DNA of 27,686 nt from Candidatus Saccharimonadota bacterium (GTDB lineage: Bacteria; Bacteroidota; Bacteroidia; Flavobacteriales; Blattabacteriaceae), in the NCBI GenBank assembly GCA_029851245.1, contig CP099826.1, positions 1 to 27,686 of the forward strand, given 5' to 3'. Positions within the stretch are counted from its first letter, which is position 1. Every line of letters starts with the position of its first letter. The position numbers and the translations under genes are program-made. Below, piece after piece: positions 7,710 through 16,372 of the stretch. The notes below the pieces were generated by a model that ran no database searches, was not told the origin of the DNA, and saw nothing but the letters and a program-made list of their open reading frames with translations.

Positions 7710-10304
7710 ATGTATAATTTTAAAAAAATAGAACATAAATGGTATAAAATACATAAAAATATTAATTTTTTAAAAAATAATAATTTTAATAATAAAAAAT
7801 ATTATATATTAAATATGTTTCCATATCCTTCAGGATTAGGTTTACATATAGGTCATGCAATAGGATATATATTTTCTGATATTATAGCAAAATATAAAAT
7901 TAGTAAAGGTTATAATGTAATTAATCCTATAGGTTTTGATTGTTTTGGATTACCTGCTGAACAATATGCTATTAAATTTAAAATTAATCCTAAATTAATT
8001 ATAAAAAAATGTATTAAAAATTATATTAAACAAATTAAAAAATTAGGTATTTTTATAAATTGGAATAATATAATATATACACATAATAAAAATTATTATA
8101 AATGGACACAATGGATATTTATTAAATTATTTAATAGTTGGTATAATAAAAAAAAAAAAAAAATATATAATATTAGAATATTAAAAAATAAAATTAAAAA
8201 AAAAAATATATATAATAAATATAAAATTAATAAAATATTAAATAAATATAGATTAATATATTTAAAAAAATCATATGTTAATTGGTGTCCTAAATTACAT
8301 ACAGTATTATCAAATGAAGAAATATTTAATGGAAAAAGTATAAGAGGAGAATATGATATAAAAATAATAAAATTATTACAATGGCATATAAGGATTACTT
8401 CATATATTGATAAATTATTAAAAGGTTATAAATATATAAAATGGGATAAAAATATAAAAAATATACAAAAAAAATGGATAGGTAAAAAAAAAGTTAATTA
8501 TTTTAATTTATATATCAATAATAAAAAAAAAATAAAATTATATATAATTAAAAAAAAAAATATAAAAAAAATTAAAAATATTATATTATGTGCACCTTCA
8601 AATAATGTAGATAATTTAATAAAATATATTAAAAGTAAATATAAATTAAAAATTTTAAATATTTTAAAAAAAATATATAATTTAAAAAATTATAAATATA
8701 AAATATTAATAAAATCAAAAATTAATAATTTTAAAATAAACATATATATAAGTAATTATTATAAAAGTTTAGCATTAAATGATGTTTATATAAATTATAA
8801 TAATAATAATAACAAATTTTTTAATATTAAAAATAATTTAATTTTAAATATTAAAAAACATTTTAAAATTAAAAATATATATTTCTCAAAGATTATTAAA
8901 AAAAAATATATTTATAATTTAAAAGATATAGTATTTTCTAGACAAAGATATTGGGGAGAGCCTATACCTATTTATTATAAAAATAATATTCCATATAATA
9001 TAAAAGAAAAATATTTACCTTTAAAATTACCTTATATTAAAAATTTTAATAAAAATAGTAAATTAAATAATTATAATAAATGGTATTGGAATATAAAATT
9101 AAATAGAACAGTATATAAAGATAAAAATAATAAAAATATATATCCTTTAGATAAAAATACTATGCCTAGTTTTGCAGGATCTAATTGGTATTATTTAAGA
9201 TTTTTAGATAATAATAATAATGATAAAATAATAAATAAAAAAATAATTAATTATTGGAAATATGTAGATTTATATATTGGTGGAATTGAACATATTAATG
9301 GCCATTTATTATATTCTAGATTTTGTCATAAATTTTTAAAAGATATTAATGTAATAAATACTAAAGAACCTTTTAAACAATATATTAATCAAGGATTAAT
9401 ATTATATAATTCATATTCAATATATAAAATAAATAATAAAAATATTATTATATCATATGATTTAATAAAAATTAATAAAATTAATAATTATAAAAAAATA
9501 TATATTAATGAAAAATATATTATTAATAATAATATATTAAATATTAAAAAATTTTTAAATAATAATATAAAATATAAATATTATAAATTTAAGTTTAATA
9601 AATTGAATAAAATAATATGTAATAAAGAATTAGAAAAAATGTCTAAATCAAAATTAAATATAATTAATCCTAATAAAATAATAAATAAATATGGAACTGA
9701 TGTATTTAGATTATATTTAATGTTTTTAGCACCTTTTAAAAAAAATAAAATTTGGAATATAAAAAATATTAAAGGAATAAAAAGATTTTTAAATAATATT
9801 TGGAATTATATAATTATTAATATTAATAATTATAATAATTATAATAATAATTATCAATTAAAAATATTATATAATTTAATATATAAATTAAATAATAATT
9901 ATAAAAAATTAAATTTTAATACTTCTATTAGTTTATTTATGAAATTTTTTAAAAAAATTAAAAATTTAAAATTTAATAGAAAAGTAATTAAAAAATATTT
10001 AATATTATTATCAATATTTGCTCCATATATTTGCGAAGAATTATGGAATAAATTAAATGAAAAAAATAGTATTTTTTTTGAAAAACAACCAATTATAAAT
10101 TATAAATATTTATATAATAAAAAGATAAAATATATTATAATGATAAATAATAAAAAAAAAATAATAATATATATTAAAAAAAAAAATAATAATAAACAAT
10201 ATATTATAAATAAATTAAAAAATAATAATTTAATAAAAAATTATATTATATATAATAAAAAAATAATTTTTATAAAAAATAAAATTTTAAATATTTTATT
10301 ATAA
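7710..10304 (+). CDS. leuS: Leucyl-tRNA synthetase
   Basis: MFPYPSGLGLHIGHAIGY (HIGH motif), GFDCFGLPAEQYAI, VNWCP...VLSNEE, SRQRYWGEPIPIYY, GGIEH..GHLLYSRF, LEKMSKSKLN (KMSKS motif). Confidence 0.96.
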   Translation: MYNFKKIEHKWYKIHKNINFLKNNNFNNKKYYILNMFPYPSGLGLHIGHAIGYIFSDIIAKYKISKGYNVINPIGFDCFGLPAEQYAIKFKINPKLIIKKCIKNYIKQIKKLGIFINWNNIIYTHNKNYYKWTQWIFIKLFNSWYNKKKKKIYNIRILKNKIKKKNIYNKYKINKILNKYRLIYLKKSYVNWCPKLHTVLSNEEIFNGKSIRGEYDIKIIKLLQWHIRITSYIDKLLKGYKYIKWDKNIKNIQKKWIGKKKVNYFNLYINNKKKIKLYIIKKKNIKKIKNIILCAPSNNVDNLIKYIKSKYKLKILNILKKIYNLKNYKYKILIKSKINNFKINIYISNYYKSLALNDVYINYNNNNNKFFNIKNNLILNIKKHFKIKNIYFSKIIKKKYIYNLKDIVFSRQRYWGEPIPIYYKNNIPYNIKEKYLPLKLPYIKNFNKNSKLNNYNKWYWNIKLNRTVYKDKNNKNIYPLDKNTMPSFAGSNWYYLRFLDNNNNDKIINKKIINYWKYVDLYIGGIEHINGHLLYSRFCHKFLKDINVINTKEPFKQYINQGLILYNSYSIYKINNKNIIISYDLIKINKINNYKKIYINEKYIINNNILNIKKFLNNNIKYKYYKFKFNKLNKIICNKELEKMSKSKLNIINPNKIINKYGTDVFRLYLMFLAPFKKNKIWNIKNIKGIKRFLNNIWNYIIININNYNNYNNNYQLKILYNLIYKLNNNYKKLNFNTSISLFMKFFKKIKNLKFNRKVIKKYLILLSIFAPYICEELWNKLNEKNSIFFEKQPIINYKYLYNKKIKYIIMINNKKKIIIYIKKKNNNKQYIINKLKNNNLIKNYIIYNKKIIFIKNKILNILL

Positions 10305-10811
10305 TTAAATTAATTTATAATTTAAAAAAATGTATGTAATAATTATAGCAATACTATCAATATAATCATAATTTAAACTATAATTAAAATTAAAATTATT
10401 TAAAAAATATTTTAATTTATTTTTAATATTGTATTTTTTACAATTTCCATTACCAGTAATAATATATTTAATAATTTTAGGAGATATTTCAATATAATTA
10501 ATATTATTATTAATAATATTTAACAATATACAAAATTGACATTGTATTAATCTTTTTAAAGTTTTAACATTTTTTCCTAAAAAATTAGATTCTATCAATA
10601 CTAAATTAGGTTTATAAATAGTAATAATTTTATTAATTATAAAATTAATAATTTTTAATTTTTTATAAAGATATTTAATATTTTTTAAATTTATTTCTTT
10701 AATATATAATATTTTAATTTTATTATTATAAAATTTAATAATTGAAATACCAATTATATTAATTCCAGGATCTATACCTAAAAATATTTTTTTTTTATTT
10801 ATAATTAACAT
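10305..10811 (-). CDS. ruvC: Crossover junction endodeoxyribonuclease RuvC
   Basis: 168 aa. IFLGIDPGINIIGISII (RuvC N-terminal GIDPG with catalytic Asp), LVLIESNF (catalytic Glu), ISPKIIKYIITGNGNCKKYNIKNKL (compare the canonical ....K....G.G.A.K.QV), DYIDSIAIIITY (D..DA.A.A..H-type acidic pair). Size fits RuvC rather than YqgF. Confidence 0.8.
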   Translation of the reverse strand: MLIINKKKIFLGIDPGINIIGISIIKFYNNKIKILYIKEINLKNIKYLYKKLKIINFIINKIITIYKPNLVLIESNFLGKNVKTLKRLIQCQFCILLNIINNNINYIEISPKIIKYIITGNGNCKKYNIKNKLKYFLNNFNFNYSLNYDYIDSIAIIITYIFLNYKLI

Positions 10812-10828
10812 AATAATTAAAATAATTT

Positions 10829-12514
10829 ATGAAGCTAAAATATATAGTTACTGCTGCTTTACCATATGCTAATAATAATATACATATAGGTCATTTATCA
10901 GGAGTATATATACCTTCTGATATATTTATTAGAAATTTAAAAATTAATAATATAAAATATATATTTATTTCTGGTACAGATGAATATGGTAGTAATATAT
11001 TAATAGAAAGTTATAAAAAAAATATTAATGTTAAAAATATAGTAGATAATAATTATAAAATTATTAAAAATACTTTAAAAAAATTTAATATTTTATTAGA
11101 TGTATTTTATAGAACTAGTAATAAAATACATCATAAAGTAACTAAAAAAATATTTAATAAATTATTAAGAAAAAATATTTTATATAAAAAAAAAAATTAT
11201 CAATTATATGATAAAAAATATAATTTTTTTTTAGCTGATAGATATATTATCGGTATTTGTCCATATTGTAAATATAAATATGCATATTTAGATTTATGTG
11301 AAAAATGTGGTAATTTTATTAAAGAAGGAGAATTATTAAATAAAATTTCAATATTAAGTAAAAAAAAACCTATTTATAAAAAAACTATAAATTATTATAT
11401 TAATTTTAAAATAACTAATAAAATTATAAAAAAATATATTTTATTATTAATTAAAAATAAAAATAAAAAAATTGTTATTAATAGTATAAAATTTTTTTTA
11501 AAAAATAATATTAGTAATAGATGTATAACAAGAGATTTAAAATGGGGTATTAAATTACCAAATATAAAAAATAAAGTAATATATGTATGGTTTGAAGCAT
11601 TAATAGCATATATAAGTAGTATAATATATTATAGTAAAAAAAAAAAAAAAGTATATAAAAAAATAATATATAATAAAAAAATTAAATTTATTAGTTTTAT
11701 AGGAAAAGATAATATTATATTTCATAGTATATTATTGCCAGTAATATATAAAAGTTATAATAAAAAATTAATAATACCTTCTAATATATCCGCTAATTAT
11801 TTTTTAAATATTAATAATAATAAAATATCTAAATCTAATAAATATAATATAAAAATAAAGTATTTTTTAAAATATTTTCCAAATATGGAAGATAGTTTAA
11901 GATTTACATTAATTATGGATATGCCAGAGAGAAAAGATACTAATTTTACTTGGAAAAAATTTAAATTATATAATAATTCTATATTAATTGGAGTAATAGG
12001 TAATTTATTTAAAAGAATAATAACATTATTAAATATTAATTGTAATAATAAAATTCCTATATATAAAAAAAAATATATTAATAATTTGGATAAAAAAATA
12101 TTAAATATTTTAAAATTAAATTTTAAAAAGATTAATGAATATATAATAAATTATAAATTTAAAAAATCATTATTAATATATATAAAATTAGCAAAAATAG
12201 GAAATAAATATTTATCAATTAATAAACCTTGGGAATTAAATGATAAAAATAAAATTAATAATATATTATATATATCATTAAAAATATTAGAAATTATTAT
12301 AAAATTATCGTATATATTTTTACCTAATACTTATAAAAAATTTTTAAAAATTTTTAATATTAAAAAAAAAAAAGTTAAAATAAATGATAAAATAATATTT
12401 TCAAATAATAAAATTAATTATAATAAAAATTATATTTTTTTTAAAAAAATATATAATGATAAATTTAAAAAAATTTTAAATAAATTTAATAATAATGATA
12501 AAAATTATAAATAA
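10829..12514 (+). CDS. metG: Methionyl-tRNA synthetase (short form, no C-terminal tRNA-binding domain)
   Basis: TAALPYANNNIHIGHLSG (HIGH motif), zinc-knuckle CPYCKYKYAYLDLCEKCGN, RDLKWGIKLP, NNNKISKSNKYNI (KMSKS-type motif). Confidence 0.95.
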   Translation: MKLKYIVTAALPYANNNIHIGHLSGVYIPSDIFIRNLKINNIKYIFISGTDEYGSNILIESYKKNINVKNIVDNNYKIIKNTLKKFNILLDVFYRTSNKIHHKVTKKIFNKLLRKNILYKKKNYQLYDKKYNFFLADRYIIGICPYCKYKYAYLDLCEKCGNFIKEGELLNKISILSKKKPIYKKTINYYINFKITNKIIKKYILLLIKNKNKKIVINSIKFFLKNNISNRCITRDLKWGIKLPNIKNKVIYVWFEALIAYISSIIYYSKKKKKVYKKIIYNKKIKFISFIGKDNIIFHSILLPVIYKSYNKKLIIPSNISANYFLNINNNKISKSNKYNIKIKYFLKYFPNMEDSLRFTLIMDMPERKDTNFTWKKFKLYNNSILIGVIGNLFKRIITLLNINCNNKIPIYKKKYINNLDKKILNILKLNFKKINEYIINYKFKKSLLIYIKLAKIGNKYLSINKPWELNDKNKINNILYISLKILEIIIKLSYIFLPNTYKKFLKIFNIKKKKVKINDKIIFSNNKINYNKNYIFFKKIYNDKFKKILNKFNNNDKNYK

Positions 12515-13289
12515 AAAATATTATAGTCAAATATTTTTAATTAATAATAAATATAATATAAAAATTTTAAATATATTAAAAAAAATATACAATAAAGAAA
12601 ATAAAAATTATTGTGTTTTAGAAATAGGTTCTGGATTAGGAAATTTAAGTAAAGAAATTATTAAAAATTATAAAAATTTTTATTTAGTAGAAATAGATAA
12701 AAATTTAGTAAATATTTTAAAAAATAAATTTAATAGTTATAAAAATAATATAATAAATAAAAATATTTTAAATATTAAATTAAATAAATTAAAGTATAAA
12801 AAATATTATATTATAGGAAATTTGCCTTATAATATATCGTCTAAAATAATATTATGGATAATAAAATATAAAAAATATATTAATAATTGTATATTGTTAT
12901 TACAAAAAGAATTTGTAAATAGTTTAATAAGTAAAATAAATAATAAAAAAAGAACTAAATTATCTATAATTTTACAATATTTTTTTAGAATTAAAAAAAT
13001 ATTAAATATTAAAAATATTAATTTTAAACCTATTCCTAAAGTAAATTCTACATTAATATTGTTAATTAATAAAAATAAAAAAAATATAAATAATATAAAT
13101 TATAAAAAATTATTTTTTATAATTAAAGAAGCTTTTAAATATAAGAGAAAAATATTAAAAAATTCTTTAAAAAATATATTAATTAATAATACAAATGATA
13201 AAATTTTTTTAAAAAGACCTGAACAATTATCTATTAAAGAATATATTAAAATATATAATATTATATATGAAAATAATAATAATAAATAA
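12495..13289 (+). CDS. rsmA: 16S rRNA (adenine1518/1519-N6)-dimethyltransferase
   Basis: YSQIFL (QNFL-like), VLEIGSGLGNLSKEI (SAM-binding GxGxG), YLVEIDKNLV, IIGNLPYNISSKI (NLPY catalytic motif). The start is uncertain; the longest ORF overlaps metG by 20 nt. Confidence 0.9.
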   Translation: MIKIINKKYYSQIFLINNKYNIKILNILKKIYNKENKNYCVLEIGSGLGNLSKEIIKNYKNFYLVEIDKNLVNILKNKFNSYKNNIINKNILNIKLNKLKYKKYYIIGNLPYNISSKIILWIIKYKKYINNCILLLQKEFVNSLISKINNKKRTKLSIILQYFFRIKKILNIKNINFKPIPKVNSTLILLINKNKKNINNINYKKLFFIIKEAFKYKRKILKNSLKNILINNTNDKIFLKRPEQLSIKEYIKIYNIIYENNNNK

Positions 13290-13866
13290 ATTAAATAATA
13301 ATAAAAATAATAAATTAATAAATTTAATTAAAAAAATTGGTATTAATCCAATAATTACTAATAATTATAAAAAGATTAAAAATTCAGATAAATTAATTAT
13401 TTCTTCTATATATAATATAAAAAAAACAATAAATATTATTAATAAATATAAAATTAATAATATTATAAAAATTTATGATAAACCAATATTAAGTATAGTA
13501 AATGGTCTATATATATTGTGTAAAGAATATAAGAATTTAAAATTATTAAATATATTTGATAATATTATAGTAAAAAAAATATATAGTTATAAATATAAGA
13601 AATTTATAAAAAATATAGGATTTAGAATAAATTATCATAATAATAAAGATAAAATATTATATAATATTAAAAAAAAATATTATCAATATTATAATAATAA
13701 TAAATATATAGATATTGGAGCATATTGTATATCACATACTAATTATATAAAAACATATAGTGCAATATTAAAAAAAAATAATATTTATGGATTATTATTT
13801 TATCCACAGTATTCTGGGAAATTAGGGGAAAAAATAATATATAATTTTATAAATAAAATAATTTAA
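13267..13866 (+). CDS. HisH-like class I glutamine amidotransferase homolog; intact ORF but catalytic-triad positions substituted
   Basis: 199 aa, HisH-sized. Block-by-block resemblance to HisH: MKIIIIN......L...IKKIG; SDKLIISS; KPILSIVNGLYIL (canonical KP.LGICLGMQLL); KNIGFRIN (canonical PHMGWN); GLLFYPQYSGKLGEKIIYNF (canonical G.QFHPEKSGK.G..LL.NF). Comparison is from memory, not an HMM search. Confidence 0.6.
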   Translation: MKIIIINKLNNNKNNKLINLIKKIGINPIITNNYKKIKNSDKLIISSIYNIKKTINIINKYKINNIIKIYDKPILSIVNGLYILCKEYKNLKLLNIFDNIIVKKIYSYKYKKFIKNIGFRINYHNNKDKILYNIKKKYYQYYNNNKYIDIGAYCISHTNYIKTYSAILKKNNIYGLLFYPQYSGKLGEKIIYNFINKII

Positions 13867-13884
13867 TTAAAAAGTATAAATATA

Positions 13885-14028
13885 TTAAAACTTTAATAAA
13901 TTATTAATATTATTAATATTAATATTATTATTATTAACAGTAATAATTTTATCTATAAAAGAATAAAAATTATTTTTATTTTTTATCATTTTAATAAATT
14001 TAATTTTATAATTTTTAAATTTCTTCAT
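13885..14028 (-). CDS. Small DUF4295-like protein (47 aa), third gene of the Bacteroidota rpmB-rpmG-DUF4295 cluster
   Basis: Not in the ORF track. Hand translation: MKKFKNYKIKFIKMIKNKNNFYSFIDKIITVNNNNINININNINNLLKF. The segment KFIKMIKNKNNFYSFIDKII resembles the DUF4295 core as I remember it (K.IKMVKS.K.GAY.F.E..V). Sits immediately downstream of rpmG and overlaps it by 14 nt. Alternative start at 13989. Confidence 0.5.
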   Translation of the reverse strand: MKKFKNYKIKFIKMIKNKNNFYSFIDKIITVNNNNININNINNLLKF

Positions 14029-14185
14029 GAATAGTTTTTTTTCTTAAAATATAATTATATTTTTTTAATTTTAATTTATTTTTATTATTTTTAATATTTT
14101 TAGTAGTATAATATTTAGAAATATTATTTTTTTTTTGTATAGTACATTTTAAAATTATAGTTTTTCTATTTTTAGATTTTTTCAT
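14015..14185 (-). CDS. rpmG: 50S ribosomal protein L33
   Basis: Not in the ORF track (56 aa). Hand translation: MKKSKNRKTIILKCTIQKKNNISKYYTTKNIKNNKNKLKLKKYNYILRKKTIHEEI. Matches the L33 pattern (KGNR..I.LECT........Y.T.KNK.N...LELKK.NP.L.K.T.HKEIK). Lies 52 nt downstream of rpmB. Confidence 0.88.
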   Translation of the reverse strand: MKKSKNRKTIILKCTIQKKNNISKYYTTKNIKNNKNKLKLKKYNYILRKKTIHEEI

Positions 14186-14237
14186 ATTATTATAAAAATA
14201 TTTATATATATAATAAAATTAAAAATTTTAATAATTA

Positions 14238-14453
14238 TTATTTTTTTTTAATTAAAAAATTAAATCCTTTTTTTTTAATTAATTTAATAGCTTTTGTAGA
14301 AATTTTCATTTTAATCCATTTTTTAATATTATAATTATAAAATTTTTTTTTAAAAATATTAATTTTAAACCATCTTTTAGTTTTATTATTAGATTTAGAA
14401 ATTTTATTGCCTATAATAGATTTTTTATTAGTAATTTTACAAATTTTTGACAT
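14238..14453 (-). CDS. rpmB: 50S ribosomal protein L28
   Basis: MSKICKITNKKSIIGNKISKSNNKTKRWFKINIFKKKFY....W.K.K.S.KAIK.I.KKG matches the L28 pattern (MS..C..TGK....GN.VSHSN.KTKR.F..NL....F). Confidence 0.92.
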   Translation of the reverse strand: MSKICKITNKKSIIGNKISKSNNKTKRWFKINIFKKKFYNYNIKKWIKMKISTKAIKLIKKKGFNFLIKKK

Positions 14454-14516
14454 AATTAATAATAATTTATTATAATAAAAAAAATTATAATTATATATAA
14501 TATAAATAAATATATA

Positions 14517-15026
14517 ATGAAAATAAATAATAATAAAATAATAAATTTTCCAGAATATGGAGAAAATATTAATAAATTAATAAAATACGTAATTAATATT
14601 AATGATAAAGAAATTAGAAAAAAAAATATATTAAATATAATAAAATTAATGAAATTAATAAATCCTATATATTTAAATAAAATAAAAAATAAATATATAA
14701 TATGGGAACAATTATATTTATTAATAAAATATAATTTTATAAAAAAAATATATTTTAAAAGAAATATTAAAAAAAAAAAAAAATATAATTATAAAAATAA
14801 TAAAGTAATAAAATATAAATATTATGGGACAAATATTATAAAATTTATTAAAGAAATAAAAAATATTAATTTTAAAAATAAAAAAAGTTTTGAAGATTAT
14901 ATATATAAAATAAAAAATATTATGAAAAATAATTATATAAAATGGAATAATAGCAATAATAATATTAGAGATAATAAAATTATAAAAGATATTAATAAAA
15001 TTGGAAAATTAAAAATAGATATATAA
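14517..15026 (+). CDS. DUF4290 family protein (conserved Bacteroidota protein of unknown function)
   Basis: NFPEYGENINKLIKYV...NDKEIRKK....II.LM..INP (canonical (L/I)PEYGR.(I/V)Q.(L/M)(V/I)D......EDREER......II..MG..NP); YIIWEQLYLLIKYNF (canonical HKLWD.L.IMSDF); YKYYGTNIIKFI (canonical YR.YGNNI..MI). Motifs recalled from memory. Confidence 0.72.
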   Translation: MKINNNKIINFPEYGENINKLIKYVININDKEIRKKNILNIIKLMKLINPIYLNKIKNKYIIWEQLYLLIKYNFIKKIYFKRNIKKKKKYNYKNNKVIKYKYYGTNIIKFIKEIKNINFKNKKSFEDYIYKIKNIMKNNYIKWNNSNNNIRDNKIIKDINKIGKLKIDI

Positions 15027-15092
15027 TAAAAATATATAATAATAAAATTATATAATATATATATAATTATTATTATATTATATATAAAAAAA

Positions 15093-15166
15093 AGGTGGTT
15101 AGCTCAGTGGTTTAGAGCATTTGTTTTACAAACAAAAGGTCACTAGTTCAAATCTAGTACCACCTA
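15093..15166 (+). tRNA. trnV: tRNA-Val (anticodon UAC)
   Basis: AGGTGGT-TA-GCTC-AGTGGTTTA-GAGC-A-TTTGT-TTTACAA-ACAAA-AGGTC-ACTAG-TTCAAAT-CTAGT-ACCACCT-A. Perfect 7-bp acceptor stem; 74 nt, hand-folded. Confidence 0.9.
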
Positions 15167-15210
15167 TATTTTATATATAAAAATATAAAATAAATAGTTA
15201 TTATAAAAGA

Positions 15211-16035
15211 ATGATATATAATAATTATGAAATTAAATTAATAAAAAATAGTTCAATATTAACTTCTAAAACTTTAGGAGAAATAGCAAAGGTTATTAAA
15301 CCTGGTATAAATATATTAAAATTAGATAATCTAGCATATGAATATATATTAGATAATAAAGGAAAACCAGCGTTTTTAGGATTATATAATTTTCCAAAAA
15401 CAATATGTGTATCAATAAATAATGAAGTAGTACATGGTATACCAAAAAATTATATTATAAAAGATGGAGATATTATTAGTATTGATTGTGGAGTATATAT
15501 GAATAATTATTATGGTGAACATGCATATACATTTGGAATAGGAAGAATGTCAAAAGAAAAGAAAAAATTATTAAAATTTACATTAAAATCTTTATATATA
15601 GGAATTAAAAATTGTAAAATTAATAAAAAAATAGGTAATATTGGATATAATATAAATAAATATATTAGTAATAAAAAAGGATTATTTATAGTAAAAGAAT
15701 TAATGGGACATGGAATAGGAAAAAATGTACATGAATTTCCTAATATACCAAATTATGGTAATAAAAATGAAGGAATATTAATAAAGAATGGAATGGTATT
15801 ATCAATAGAACCAATAGTAAATCAAGGTAGTGAAAAAGTATATTTAAGTAATGATAAATGGACATATTTAACAAATAATAATTTATTATCTGCACATTTT
15901 GAACATAATATAGCAATTATAAAAAATAAAACTAAAATATTATCTACATTTAAATATATAAATAAAAATTTAAAAAATAATATTAATGCCTACTATACAA
16001 CAATTAATAAGGAAAAAAAGAAAAAAGATTATTAA
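15211..16035 (+). CDS. map: Methionine aminopeptidase type I
   Basis: [48 protein letters not shown] align to the MAP1 metal-site blocks. The 3' end overlaps rpsL by 50 nt. Confidence 0.94.
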   Translation: MIYNNYEIKLIKNSSILTSKTLGEIAKVIKPGINILKLDNLAYEYILDNKGKPAFLGLYNFPKTICVSINNEVVHGIPKNYIIKDGDIISIDCGVYMNNYYGEHAYTFGIGRMSKEKKKLLKFTLKSLYIGIKNCKINKKIGNIGYNINKYISNKKGLFIVKELMGHGIGKNVHEFPNIPNYGNKNEGILIKNGMVLSIEPIVNQGSEKVYLSNDKWTYLTNNNLLSAHFEHNIAIIKNKTKILSTFKYINKNLKNNINAYYTTINKEKKKKDY

Positions 16036-16372
16036 AAAAAATAAATCTTTATCATTAAAAAAAGCCCCTCAAAAAAGAGGAGTATGTATAAAAGTATATA
16101 CAATAACACCTAAAAAACCTAATTCAGCATTAAGAAAAGTAGCTAAAGTTAAATTAACTAATGGAGAAATTATAAATGCATATATAAGAGGAGAAGGACA
16201 TAATTTACAAGAACATTCAATGGTATTAGTAGAAGGAGGAAAAGTAAAAGATTTACCTGGAGTAAAATATCATATAATACGTGGGGTATTAGATACTGAA
16301 GGAGTAAAAGGAAGAAAAAAAAGTAGAAGTAAATATGGAGCTAAAAGAATAAAAGAAAATGAGAAAAAATAA
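15986..16372 (+). CDS. rpsL: 30S ribosomal protein S12
   Basis: [40 protein letters not shown]......[27 protein letters not shown]. Confidence 0.98.
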   Translation: MPTIQQLIRKKRKKIIKKNKSLSLKKAPQKRGVCIKVYTITPKKPNSALRKVAKVKLTNGEIINAYIRGEGHNLQEHSMVLVEGGKVKDLPGVKYHIIRGVLDTEGVKGRKKSRSKYGAKRIKENEKK

